Shown here piece after piece: positions 51,049-64,000 of a stretch of DNA of 64,000 nt. The notes under the pieces are model-generated. The model had not been told where the DNA came from and ran no database searches. It saw only the letters and a list, made by a program, of their open reading frames with translations. A program made the translations under genes and the position numbers. The stretch spans positions 16,554,001 through 16,618,000 of the forward strand of contig NC_043005.1 of NCBI RefSeq assembly GCF_006345805.1, in the 5' to 3' direction. The stretch is from Octopus sinensis (taxonomy: Eukaryota). Position 1 is the stretch's first letter. Each line of letters opens with the position of its first letter.

Positions 51049-52292
51049 AATCAAGGTTGATCAGAGCTTAACTATTTGAAAATGACAAACAAAATGAACT
51101 AAATTTGTGTATGTGTGTATGCACATTTGTGTGTGTGTGTGTGTGTGTGCATGCATTTGCGTGTATAAGTGTGTTACATTCATATTTTTTGCCATGCTAC
51201 ATTGAGTCGAATGAATTTTGATATTGGTGGAATGAAGCCATTCAACCGTGAAGTATGCGTGGAACTTCTTAGTCAGTCAGTCAATCAGGTAAAGAGAAAG
51301 ACAGGTACAAGCAGAATACAACAAGGGTTAGAACATGGTTTGAACTGATGAACAGGCATATATGGAGAGTAATCCACCGACCTCTTAATAACCACTCAGT
51401 AATTATATCTTAGGTGTGCTTAGGTTGAATGATATATATTACTGTTGCTAATTATTTTTCAGTGGACACTTATTCTACCGGCCCTTTTTGGGCGGTCAGT
51501 GGTCCTATTATTTATATCCATTGATGTGTTGATAATTTGAGAGCTGAAAGTGACTGACCAATTCACATGCACACAAGAAGCTCTAAAGTTTCATAAGGCA
51601 TATGCCTTCACTTCATGTATATGTGTGTCTGTACATACATACATGCACAGGCACACACATAAGACAGATACTTCGCAGGAGACATACTAATTAGTAACCT
51701 TCAAAACTGCTCAGCAAATTTTCATATAATTTATGAATTACAAGAAAGAATAGACAAAATTAATCACTGACAAACAGTAGAAAGGAAATGCGTGCACTTT
51801 TAAAGCAAGCACAGTCAACCTTTATCGAGAAGTGTGCCACATGAAACCTAGATCATCGGGCAGGTAGGATGCACTACTAAGAAAAAGTGAAGGTAATTTT
51901 TTTATTAGGAGTGCCATTCAGAAACTCAGGTTGCTTAGGACTGTTTTGGAGTCTTTGATAATTGAGTATAGCTATCTTGGTGAAACTGAAGTCCTGAGAG
52001 CATAATGTGAATATTCACAACTGGACCCCATCACTCAGTTTCTTCATCAAGCCTTCTTTGCCATCCTCTTATCTCCTTATCAGTGACCTTTCCATTACTT
52101 AACTGATTGAAGTATTTCGCTACTGTAATTAAATGAACAAAACTACATATTTCACCACCATCTGTTCTTCTGATATCAATATCTTTCTCACTGCTCTAAC
52201 TTCTTCACTTGACATCCATCTTTCATTCTTAATACTGTTCCTCTCCACTCATGTTTTACAGTGATCACCTCATCCTTCTATGTGTGTTTGTG

Positions 52293-52326
<34 letters not shown>

Positions 52327-53458
52327 ACCACATATACATACAAACATGGGAAAAGCACTCAATAGATAAAGAGTTAGTGATAATATGATGATAATATATC
52401 CTTTTTTCCTTGAACCTTCAATTTCTTAAAGAATTACAAGGATGCTGTCAAAATACAGAGAACATCTTGGGCATTTTAAACTTGATAAAGCCTGCTTCTC
52501 TCCAAATCTGAATACAGAGAATAGGAGTGATTTGAAATCAAAGCAGACAGACAGAATGAATACAGCATCTTTTATCTTTTACTTGTTTCAGTCATTGGGC
52601 CGCGACCAAGCTGGAGCACTGCCTTGAAGGGTTCAGTTGAACTCACTGATACTAGAACTTACTTTTAAGTCCGATATGTATTTTATCAGTCCCTTTTGCC
52701 GTACCACTAAGTAGTGAACCAAAGCAATCCAACACTGCTTGTCGAGGAGTGATGGAAGGACAAACCCAAACACGGACATATGCACATGTGATGGGCTTCC
52801 ACACAGTTTCCATCTGCCAAATTAATTTGCATGGCATTGGTCGGCCCAGAGTTATAATAGTAGAAAATGCATACCCAAGGTGCCACGCAATGGAACAGAA
52901 CCCCAAACCATGAGGTTGCAAAGCAACATAGTAAACACCTTCAACCCAGCAACCTAACCAATGCCCTAACAACTGAGCCAACTCACCTCTTAACAACAGA
53001 TATATTGTTGTGCATTGCACTATAACAATCAGTGTTTTTTTTAAATCAAAGCCGATCAATAAATAGTTTAAGCGAAGTGAAAACAACATCAATAACAACA
53101 CCACCACCACCACAAGTAGCAATAAAGAGAGTTGATATTATGTGACTTAACAGCATTACATCCATGCCTCCATATATACATACATACATATATACATACA
53201 CATATCTGTTATGAGTCTGTGCTTTGCATTTATATGAGAAAACATGTTCCATAAACTCTAACTTTCTCCCTCTCTCTCTCTCTCTCTCTCTCTGTATTTA
53301 TACACACATACAAACACACACACATGCATAAATACATATATAATATGCAAACACTCACAAATGCATATATATACACACACACAAATATATATATATAAAA
53401 ATATATATAATATACATATACATACATAAATATATATATATATATATATTCATAGTAA

Positions 53459-53509
<51 letters not shown>

Positions 53510-53607
53510 CATGCACACGCATATGCGCACATACATGGGTATACCTGTATATTTGCAAATTTATCTGTGTATAGGTAGATGAATTAACATATACAGACAA
53601 ATATATA

Positions 53608-54005
53608 CTCTTTTACTTGTTTCAGTCATTTGACTGCGGCCATGCTGGAGCACCGCCTTTAATCGAGCAACTCGACCCCGGGACTTATTCTTTTGTAAGC
53701 CCAGTACTTATTCTACCGGGCTCATTTGCCGAACCGCTAAGTAACGGGGACATAAACACACCAGCATCGGTTGTCAAGCAATGCTAGGGGGACAAACACA
53801 GACACACAAACACACAAGCACATATATATATATATACATATATACGACGGGCTTCTTTCGGTTTCTGTCTACCAAATCCACTCACAAGGCTTTGGTCGGC
53901 CCGAGACTGTAGTAGATGACACTTGCCCAAGGTGCCACGCGGTGGAACTGAATCCAGAACCATGTGATTGGTAAACAAGCTACTTACCACACAGCCACTC
54001 CTATG

Positions 54006-54007
<2 letters not shown>
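53608..54007 (-). mobile_element. SINE family A, young subfamily
   Basis: Shares diagnostic AATCGAGCAACTCGACCCCGGG and AAGCCCAGTAC with 58992-59386. Confidence 0.92.
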
Positions 54008-54057
<50 letters not shown>

Positions 54058-54489
54058 AACACATATAAATGAACGAATATGTTGAGATACATATGTATTA
54101 AGGGTCTAACCAGTGAAACTGAATACTAAGAGAAAAACAAGAGAAAAGAAGAAAGAGGAAAAGCAAGAACAAGAAGGTATGGAAATAGCCATGTGGAGTG
54201 TCATGGTAACTGGAACCAGCCCAATAGGCTGACAGGTTACCATAGGAACAGAATAACACAGCTCACTGGACTTCCACTCTCACCAGCACCCACAACAATC
54301 GGGGGGGGGGAGAGACAAGCATGCATGCATGCAACATGTTAGAACTTGTCTCAAAGTGAACAAGCCAGGCTAACATTATGATGTATTACTGGGGGTGGGG
54401 GTCCGGGGTGACCAAGGAAACGAGAGAGAGAGAGAGAGAGAGCAAGAAGGGAAAGGTGGACAATTAACAGGAAGGAATGGTTTTTTTCT

Positions 54490-54872
54490 TTTATTCTTTT
54501 ACTTATTTTCAGTTCAGTCATTTGACTGTGGCCATGCTGGAGCACCGCCTTTAGTCGAGCAAATCAACCCCCGGGACTTATTCTTTGTAAGCCTAGTACT
54601 AATTCTATCGGTCTGAACCACTAAGTTACTGCAACGTAAACACACCAGCATCGGTTGTCAAGCGATGTTGGGGCAACAAACACATACATATACACACACA
54701 TTTATATACGACGGGCTTCTTTCAGTTTCTGTCTACCAAATCCACTCATAAGGCTTTGGTTGGCCCGAGGCTATAGTAGAAGACACTTGCCCAAGGTGCC
54801 ACGCAGTGGGACTGAACCCGGAACCATGTGGTTGGTAAGCAAGCTACTTACCACACAATCACTCCTGCACCT
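54490..54872 (-). mobile_element. SINE family A
   Basis: Full-length homology. Confidence 0.9.
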
Positions 54873-55271
54873 ATAAATAATGCAACATCATAGCCAAAAT
54901 GGTGAGATGAACTTTCCGTGACGCATACACGTGTGTGCATTCACATCAGTCATTCATTCACTGTGGTGGCCATCAGAGAAGAACCAGTACAGCTACTTAT
55001 GTATGTATGTATGTACATCCTGAGCATTAAACTAATACATTTGCTTGTTGTGCATACACCTGTCTTCATCTTTTGTTTTCCTATAATTTCAACTATATAC
55101 ATATTTATATATAGGTGTGGCTGTGTGGTAAGAAGCTTGCTTCCCAACTACATGATTCCGGGTTCAGTCCCACTGTGTGGCACCTTGGGCAAGTGTCTTG
55201 TACAATAGCCTCGGGCTGACCAAAGGCTTGTGAGGGGATCTGGTAGACAGAAACTGAAAGAAGCTCATCTT

Positions 55272-55498
55272 AAAGGGTAAAATTAATTAAGAATTAATCA
55301 ATAATTTCACCAAGTAGAATTTGGCATGAAAAAAGGACCATTTCATGGTAAACTTAAGTAATACTTAATAATTAGGGTTCAGCAAAGATTTGCTTTACCA
55401 CATACCGAAGTTTAGAAATAGCTAAGGTTTTTGGGCTGCTTTTCTAAACTTCGGTATGTGGTAAAGCAAATCTTTGCTGAACCCTAATTATTAAGTAT
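55272..55498. mobile_element. Fold-back element, copy 2 (58-bp perfect arms)
   Basis: 55361-55418 is the exact reverse complement of 55441-55498; 22-nt spacer. Confidence 0.8.
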
Positions 55499-55526
55499 AT
55501 ATATATATATATATATGATAAGCTTC

Positions 55527-55559
<33 letters not shown>

Positions 55560-56281
55560 CCCAAGCAGTAGGTTAGACTGTCCACACACTGGGTATTCCA
55601 TCATTAGAGACAAGGTATGAATATTTTAAACACGGAAATTCACATTTTACAAGGAACAAGATATATTCATGGTTTATAAGGACAGGTAATATATATACAT
55701 ACATACATACAAGCATGGGTGTGTAGTGGCTAAGTTCATTTCCTAACCACATAGTTTTGAGTTCATTCTTGCTGCATGGCACCTTAGGCAAGTGTCTTCT
55801 GCTATAACCCTGGGCCAACCTTGTGAGTGCTTTTAGTGACAGAAACTGAAAGAATCCTATCACTCATTCATTCATCATCAACATCTAACATCCGTCCAAT
55901 AGCCTGGTGTAGAAGACTACACCAGGCTATTGTGTTCTGGCATGATTTTTACAGCTGGATGACCTTCCTAACACCAACCACCCCTGAATGGTAGACAGAT
56001 ATATATGAATTTATGTATGAGAGCATGTGCACACATGTGTGTTTCTGTTTTTGCATCTTGACATCATCTGATAGTTGTAACAAGCATCATCATCATGTAA
56101 GTAGCATTGTCCACTTCCAATCTTCTGAGGCAAAAATGTCTGGTCAGGGAGAAATATTACTGTGATTGGAAGCAAGTGAAGATTGGTAACAGGAAGGGCT
56201 TCTCACCATAAAAAATATGCCTCTGACCCATGCATGGAAAAGTAGACATTAAAACCATGATAACGGTATATATATATATAA

Positions 56282-56500
56282 ATATTTGAGTAGTTGAATG
56301 AATTATCTTATTAAGGATAATTCGAATTAATCGATACCTGGGTAGCATTTTTATGTTGACATAAGTTCCTTGCTTTTCCTGATGAGAAAGCGGCATAATG
56401 TACTCCTTATTCCTTCGCAATTAGGAATATGCAGCCTTCGAAACATATGTCAAAAATAAAGGAATTTTGTTAATTCGTCGTTCGGCTCCATTCTTTCATA
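56282..56500 (+). mobile_element. Hammerhead-containing element, copy 2 (HHR 56366-56464)
   Basis: CTGATGA at 56379-56385, GAAA at 56440-56443, ACATATGT-C; the first stem I pair is C-A here; flanked by microsatellites. Confidence 0.75.
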
Positions 56501-56556
56501 TATTTACATTTTTAAAATATATATATATATAATATATATATATATACATGTATGTA

Positions 56557-56625
<69 letters not shown>

Positions 56626-57008
56626 ATGTATGTATGTATGTATTTATATACATACTCACACATATTCTTTGAGATTTATTTAAGTTCTTCATGCAATTCA
56701 AACCAGTCACAAACAAACTGATAAGAACTTTTGAATTAAGACAATTCCCAAGGTTTATGAATATGTGACAGAGTTAATTTGTGCATATATATATGTAGGT
56801 GATAATTATGTTTTGTGTGAGAATGTCTCTTTAATATTTAATACTTAGGAAGGTGTGGTGGAGTGCATGATTAATTTTTCTACTTTTCCAAGGTTCTTTC
56901 AGTTTCTGTCAAGCAAATACAATCACAAAGCTCTTTCCTGCAACTTTTTTTTTCTTTTCACATTGTGGATGATGAGTGAAAGTGAAAAGTAAGAGCATTT
57001 GAGTGTAA

Positions 57009-57229
57009 CCCTTTCGTGACCAACCCAGCTGAAACCAGCTCTGGCTCTGAGTACAAATGTCTCATTTTCATAAGTTTTGAATTAAAAATCTCCCACCAAA
57101 CCTTAGTCACAATTTATGTTCCTAACACTAGCTGAATGATAACTAATTTATTTTACTAAATTCTTTGTTATATTTAAAGTAACTGAAAGAAACACAGAGC
57201 ATCTCAAAATAAATACAGTAACAAAAGGG
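57009..57229. mobile_element. piggyBac-like MITE, subfamily 2
   Basis: GTAA|CCCTTT...AAAGGG|TTAA. Confidence 0.75.
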
Positions 57230-57714
57230 TTAAAAGTACAAAGCCTGCTAGTTCCAAGAAGCAAAAGCCATTGTGGTTTCATTGGAAGAAACAGAGGGGT
57301 GAACATCAAATAAAAGAAAACATGCACACTTTTTGATGTACATTACACCAGTGTTCTACAACCATTTCTTACCTACGGACCCTCTTTGATTCCAATTTTG
57401 CTTGGATTGGTCCTCAAATCCATTCAATGTTTAATAAAGCCGATTATACTTTTTTAATAAGTGAATATTATTAGGAATGGTGTTCTTTCATTCTCTTATT
57501 TGGAGCACTGCCTTTAGTCAAACGAATTGACCCCAGGACTTATTCTTTGTAAGGCTGGTACTTATTCTATCAGTCTTCTTTTGCCGAACTGCTAAGTCAC
57601 GGGGACACAAGCACACCAATATCGGTTGTCAAGTGATGGTGGTGGGGGGGATAAACATGGCACAAAAACATACAAACATATATACATATATATATAGTAA
57701 ATCCAAAAGAGAAC

Positions 57715-57865
57715 AAACACAAAAAAACAACAACAACAACAACGTGAGGACGTGGTACATGTAAAGTATTAGCAGAAGCTCAGGGAAGGAAAGAAAGATG
57801 ATTTAACGTTTTGAGCAATGCTCTTCTTCGGAAACAAAGGAAAGTCCAATAGCAAGGAAGAAAAT
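57715..57865 (-). mobile_element. Penelope-type terminal repeat with decayed HHR (57802-57834)
   Basis: Homologous to 63600-63735; core CCGAAGA..GAGC/GCTC..AAAACGTT. Confidence 0.55.
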
Positions 57866-58991
57866 CACCAACAACAGGTTTCTTTCAGTTTCCATCAACC
57901 AAATCCACTCACAGGGCTATATGTGCTCCTATATATTCGTTCCACGTAAAAAGAACTCAGCCCAATTCTGTGGGACGGTTGGTGTTAAGAAGGGCATCTA
58001 ACCATAAAAAAACCCATGCCAAATCAAACACTGAAGCCTTGTGCAGTCTTCTGCCTAGCCAGCTCCTATCAAACCATCCAACCCATGCCAGCATAAAAGC
58101 GGACGTTAAATAATGATGATGACGATTTATATACATAATATAAACATAAATATCAATGAAATTCCTACTCCTTCCAAATCTTTCTTTATAATAAACACAC
58201 GTGTCCTAACATTTGATGTTTTCCCTCCAAACTACTTCCTTCATTCCAAAGCTCTCTCACACATTTTCTCAAGAGAATAAAACGCGACTGGTCTTTTGTG
58301 AGCCATCTTCTCAGACAAATATGTCTGTCCGTATATTTATATGCGTGCGTATATATGTGTGTGCGGACAGGTCTTTGAAACAGATACATAACCAAAGCTG
58401 TCATTGGTGGTGGTGTGTCATCATTACCGATGACGATACAAAACGAATCTGACTTAATGAGTGAACGTAGTAAATGGAAAGAACAACGATTTAGCGAAAT
58501 CACGTGGAAGAAAGGCGGGGAAGATGTGAGCTAAACAATTGAGAAAGTTCTGTCGTCAACCTTGAGGTCAACTGAATGTTTTCTTTTCTTTTTTAATCAC
58601 AAATGTAAAAAAAAAAAAATTAAACTAACAATATAATTCAGCTGTTTTCGTTGTCTTTCTGTTTTTACCTCGTGTCTTCTTTATAATCACCTTTCACCTG
58701 TCTTATTCTTCCTACTACCTTCTGCTCCACTGACTGACTAATTTAAGTTGTCAATGATTTTTTATTGTATTGAACTAAACTACCTACCTATCTTATCTAC
58801 TTTATGATCGTGCAAACAAAGGGTCTCTGAACTGAAAGATGTTTAGAGTGAACTAAAAGAGAAAGTGAAGGAAAGGGGAATTCTGTTTCGTCAAACTTCA
58901 GAAACTTTCATTAACTTATTGACACACTTCCACTAGTTTCCTCAAATATCCAGTCTTTTTATGTTTGAAACAAAAACCCCTTTATTTATTA

Positions 58992-59386
58992 CTCTCTTTT
59001 ACTTGTTTCAGTCATTTGACTGCGGCCATGCTGGAGCACCGCCTTTAATCGAGCAACTCGACCCCGGGACTTATTCTTTTTGTAAGCCCAGTACTTATTC
59101 TATCGGTCTCTTTTGCCGAACCGCTAAGTAACGGGGACATAAACACACCAGCATCGGTTGTCAAGCAATGCTAGGGGGACAAACACAGAAAAACACACAC
59201 GCATATATATATATACATATATACGACGGGCTTCTTTCAGTTTCCGTCTACCAAATCCACTCACAAGGCATTGGTCGGCCCGAGGCTATAGTAGAAGACA
59301 CTTGCCCAAGGTGCCACGCAGTGGGACTGAACCCGGAACCATGTGGTTGGTAAACAAGCTACTTACCACACAGCCACTCCTGTGCC
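58992..59386 (-). mobile_element. SINE family A, young subfamily
   Basis: Near-identical to 53608-54007. Confidence 0.92.
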
Positions 59387-59390
59387 TGTA

Positions 59391-59740
59391 TATTTTATTA
59401 CCATAGTCCCTCCAAAACCCGGTAAATATCGTATTACTCAAATCCTTTCAACTGAAAAGTGTTTTAACAATGAAGTCCCTAAAAATATTAGTGTATTATT
59501 TTATTACTAAAAATCTCTTCAAATGCTTGTATATATTTTATTACAAAAGTTCTTTCATATACTTTTATCACTAGAGGCCCTTCGAATAGTCCTTCAAATA
59601 TTAGTATACATTTTATTGCTGAAAATCCCTTCAAACACTAGTATCGTGTTTTATTACAAAAAGATCCAAAGTTTTTCCAAATATTAGTATGCTATTTTAT
59701 TACTAAACAAATATTAGAATAGTATTTTATTATTAAACAA
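59391..59740. repeat. Degenerate AT-rich minisatellite (~35-40-bp units)
   Basis: About 10 recurrences of TTTTATTACT...TCAAATATTAGTAT-like units. Confidence 0.6.
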
Positions 59741-60618
59741 TTATACATGGGATAAGGTACTAAAAAAAAAAACTCGGGAGCAACGGTTATATGTATATAC
59801 TAAGATGCTTTTAAACTGTATTATTTTGTTGTAACTGACTGATTTCACAATGGAGTGTTTATTTTATTAATCTGTGAAGTGTGTGTCCCAATGTAGCCAA
59901 GTACTGAGCCTTAAACAAACCACTTCAAACCCCGTCATATAATACTTTATCTTGTCACCGATACACAATTAAAAGGTGGATAGAATAAAGAAGATATTTG
60001 TAATGGATGTTCGTTGGTTGACCCCACTGCTACTACTAGTTATCACACCTTTAAATCAGGTAGATCACAACACCTACGCTGAGATTCAACAGAACTAGGA
60101 ACACAGGTGTGTCAGCCGTAGCCATCTGACGTCTGCCCTTTCGTTGCTGTTATTGTTTAGCCCCAGGTCACCAACGAACAGATCTCAAGTGATAAGTTAT
60201 TCCCTCCATAACTACCACGTCCAAAAGCATTCTAGTTATAACCACCCGTTTTTTTTAAGGGTTGTGTGTGGGTTAAAAATTTAAAAAAACGAAATAGATA
60301 ATGAGAAATATTTGGCTTCTATTTCTAGCACTTCGAGGGGTTACATAAAGCCTTCCATAGCAACTGTTTTTGTTCTATTCACATACCTGCGCTCATTGTT
60401 ACTAAGTTCGGATCTTTTTAAATGCTTTCAAACCACCAGAATTTTCTCAAATAACTTAGTCTTCGCGCTTTTAACTAGTGTAATAAATTTTGTGTTACTT
60501 GAGGAGTTCCCGCTTTTAGCGGCCCAAGTAATCAATCGCCTTGTTTGTCTGATGCGAAATAACCGGTTTTGTTTGCACATATATGGGGGTATATATAGGC
60601 TCGCACATATATGGGGGT

Positions 60619-60668
<50 letters not shown>

Positions 60669-60669
<1 letters not shown>

Positions 60670-61046
60670 GCGCAGGAGTGGCTGCGTGGTAAATGGCAAC
60701 CACATAGTTCCGGGTTCAGTCCCACTGCGTGGCACCTTGGGCAAGTGTCTTCTACTATAGCTTCTGGCCGACCAAAGCCTTGTGAGTGGACTTGGTAGAC
60801 GGAAACTGAAAGAAATCCGTCGTATATATGTATATATATATATATGTATGTGTTTGTGTGTCTGTGTTTGTCCCCCCTCAACATCGCTTGATAACCGATG
60901 CTGGTGTGTTTACGTCCCCGTAACATAGCGGTTCAGCTAAAAGAGACTGATAAAATAAGTACTAGACTTAAAAGAATAAGTCCCGTGGTCGATTTGCTCG
61001 ACTAAAGACGGTGCTCCAGCATGGCCGCAGTCAAATGACTGAAACA
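60669..61046 (+). mobile_element. SINE family A
   Basis: Full-length homology, with a small deletion in the head. Confidence 0.9.
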
Positions 61047-61879
61047 TAATATAATTATACACACCCATACAAAGAGAGAGAGTGGGAGAGACCATTTGAA
61101 TACATTAAACAAACGCGAGTATGCGTGGGTACATGTAGGGAAATCCTCAAATATCTCTATTTTTTCAGATCAGTCATGCGAAAAATTTGTCAGAAATGTG
61201 AAACTCACTAACTGTGAATAAACATGTCTTGCCACTTCACCATGGTAGCTCACAAATACCAACCACCCACAAGGACCGGTAAATTTGGACAAGTGTGTGC
61301 GAGTGTATTGGTCCAAATTTACCCAAAGGACCCGAGTCAACAAGGGACAGTACATTTGATCATAAGACTAGTTAGAAATTTTCCTTGGATTACATATTAC
61401 CATTTCGAAAAAGGAGTGGATACATTCGATAAAATAGTCTTAGATGGATCTTTTCCTTTTGAACGGCAGTTTTCAACACAATTTCTAGTTAACTAAACAC
61501 TTTTAAAATTCGTATACTGGTACAATGAGTTTATAAAACATCATTTTTTCTTGGCTTTATTGAGAAAATTCTATAGTTTGTAAGATATTTCCACTTTAAA
61601 ATCGAGCATTTCGGCAATTTTAACCAATCAAATACGTCCATTTGGGGTGAAAACATACCGTGCTGTATGAATATGCCCCTCGTTTAAGAAACAGATTGGG
61701 TTTATTTACATTTGCGAAGAAAAAAAGATATCCTTCCCCCACCCCTAACCCTACAATGCCCGAGAAAATGATGGGATGGTCACATAGACGGAATGCTTTT
61801 CATCACAAGCCTTCTCAGTCATGATTCACCTACAAGTAAACCACCCATACGTCGGGGAAGGAAAAAGTTTTGAACGTGA

Positions 61880-62265
61880 CTGTGTTGCAAGAAGCTTGCT
61901 TACCAACCACATGGTTCTGGGTTCAGTCCCACTGCGTGGTACCTTGGGCAAGTGTCTTCTGCTATAGCCCCGGGCCGACCAAAGCCTTGTGAGTGGATTT
62001 GGTAGACAGAAACTGAAAGAAGTCTGTCGTATGTATGTGTGTGTGTGGTGTGTCTCGGTGACTATGTTTGTCTCACACCATCGCTTGACAACCGGTATTG
62101 GTGCGTTTACGTCCCCGTAACTTAGCGGAGCGGCAAAAGAGAACAGAATAAGTAACAAGCTTTAAAAGAAAAATAAATAAAAGCTGGGAGTTGATACATT
62201 CGACTAAAAATTCTTCAAGTTGATGCCCCAGCATGGTCGCAATCAAATTACTGAAACAAGTAAGA
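61880..62265 (+). mobile_element. SINE family A, 5'-truncated and diverged
   Basis: Homology from AAGAAGCTTGCTTACC to the GTAAAAAAG tail. Confidence 0.8.
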
Positions 62266-63625
62266 GGTAAAAAAGGTAAAAAGGTTGTTTACTACTAGTA
62301 CAGCAATAGCGGTTCTTTCTCGCTAATCCGTTGCTATTGTTTTCCTTCCCTAAGTTTCAAGCTTTGTGCTTATAATAGAATTGCTTTGATAACTTGGTGG
62401 CTTTCTTTCAATCTATGACTCAGTAAAACGTTGGATTAACACATTACCAAAGAGGATGTTACTCATTCTGCAATTCTGCAATTTAACATCCGAATGTTTC
62501 GTGTCCCGGATTTTAAACATAAGCTACTTTAGCAACAGCTTAGGATCTCATAATCTGCAAAGATCTCAGCATAATTAAAAAAAAGCGTACTGTATTTGAT
62601 GGTATGTGATCGGTGTGTTAGCTGCATCCCAATTTCAGCAGCGCAAAATCAGAAAGGAAAATCGCTTTTAGGACATTGAAGTGTATAGGAGAGCGAAATT
62701 TGTATTCAGGACTCGGGGTGCTTTTTGCGAAACAAGTTTTAGGAAAAAGAAAAGTACATCTTATAATTGCTATCAAATGCGGTATATGTTTTCAATTTTC
62801 GTTATGTGCCATTTTTTTTAAGGAAACGGTTTCCAAGCTTAGTGCATTATCTATACTAAATCAAGCTGATTCTTTCTTACTCTGTTTATTGGAAATGGTT
62901 TCAACATATTTTTGTTCAAAACACTGAGTGGAGGACGGGTGGATGAGAGAAAGTTCGAAGCGTGCTACCGAATTTCTTCCTAATAAATTAAAGAAAAGAA
63001 CAGATGTTAAATGGGTTTAAATACATAGGCTACATACTGGAGCTTCAATGCAACTCTTGTTTCTCCTAAGTTTCGTTTCTAGATGGCTGGTATTGTGAAT
63101 TCTAAATACCTTATTTACCTTTTCTACACAGACAGCCAGGCAACTAAAACTAGAGTTGTCCTCTATGCCTTCATGGTTATGTCGGTACAACCACCAACTA
63201 TTAATTAGTGCTTTCTACACATGTAATCGTTAAACTTGGCCATTGACGTCTCCGACTTGACTTTAGGAACTTCAAGATAAGCCGGTTCTTCAAATGTATT
63301 GTGAGAAACAACAGCATCACACAGCGGAGAATCGGCAGTAATCGACGCCTCAGGCGATTCAAGAACTTTACCCGGCGTCTCAGGTAACTCAGAAATTTCA
63401 GGTATTCCAAGAATAACAGGAACCTCGGCTACTGTAATGACTGACTGGGTTGTGAGCTTCAGAAGTTGAACTATAATGTCGTTCTAACACATTTCCACCC
63501 ACACTCACTTCAAAATTCACAGCTCCCAACTGTCGGTTAACAGTGCCTTCCAACCCAGCTTTCACCAGCTTTAAAATTTCCTTCCTGCCTCCGTCTTCCC
63601 TCCTTTGGATCTTTCCTTTTCCTAT

Positions 63626-63660
63626 GTTTTTGATGAAGAGCTCCGCTCGAAACGTTAAAC
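63626..63660 (+). ncRNA. Minimal Penelope-type hammerhead motif (C3U variant)
   Basis: GTTT|TTGATGA|A|GAGC-TCC-GCTC|GAAA|CGT-T|AAAC; stem I GTTT/AAAC, followed by a PLE-type tail and (TA)n. Confidence 0.6.
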
Positions 63661-63748
63661 CTTCCTTCTTTCCTGAGCGTCCAATAATACTATACCACGT
63701 CCTCGCGTTGTTGTGTTTTCATGTTTGGATTAACTTTATATATACATG

Positions 63749-63784
<36 letters not shown>

Positions 63785-64000
63785 CATACTTTTTAAAGGT
63801 ACGCAGCGGATGTAAATATCTTCGTCTTCTGTTCCACATTATATTGAACCCTTAGAATGCGACGACGAATTTCTGGTATCAGTACATGAAAGACAGTCCG
63901 TAAGAGTCGTTTAGATTCAGAGAAGTCGCAGCTGTTGAAGGCGAAGTAATTCTGAAAGAGAACAGGATCCTGTTGACCTTAATTTCGAGTGTCCTTTCCC

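Overview
AT-rich eukaryotic DNA packed with (TA)n, (CA)n, (GA)n, (AAT)n and (CAT)n microsatellites and several tRNA-headed SINE families. This landscape is typical of an octopus (coleoid cephalopod) genome; the organism call is inferred from repeat content. I cannot support any intact host protein-coding gene, and nearly all track ORFs are microsatellite or SINE translations. The window reads as intergenic or deep-intronic. Recognisable coding remnants all come from transposons: a mariner transposase C-terminus, two RTE LINE C-termini, a Tx1/L1-like ORF2 C-terminus and a Penelope GIY-YIG C-terminus. It also holds TTAA-flanked piggyBac-like MITEs, Helitron ends and an 8-copy SINE tandem array. 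The most striking layer is about 11 hammerhead-ribozyme (HHR) motifs in three families. One is a canonical type I HHR element inserted in microsatellites (44867-45110 and 56282-56500). Another is a tRNA-Thr-like SINE with a Penelope-type HHR tail whose copies repeatedly carry fold-back palindromes at their 5' ends. There are also several long hairpins and template-switch scars. All folds and alignments were done by eye, not computed.
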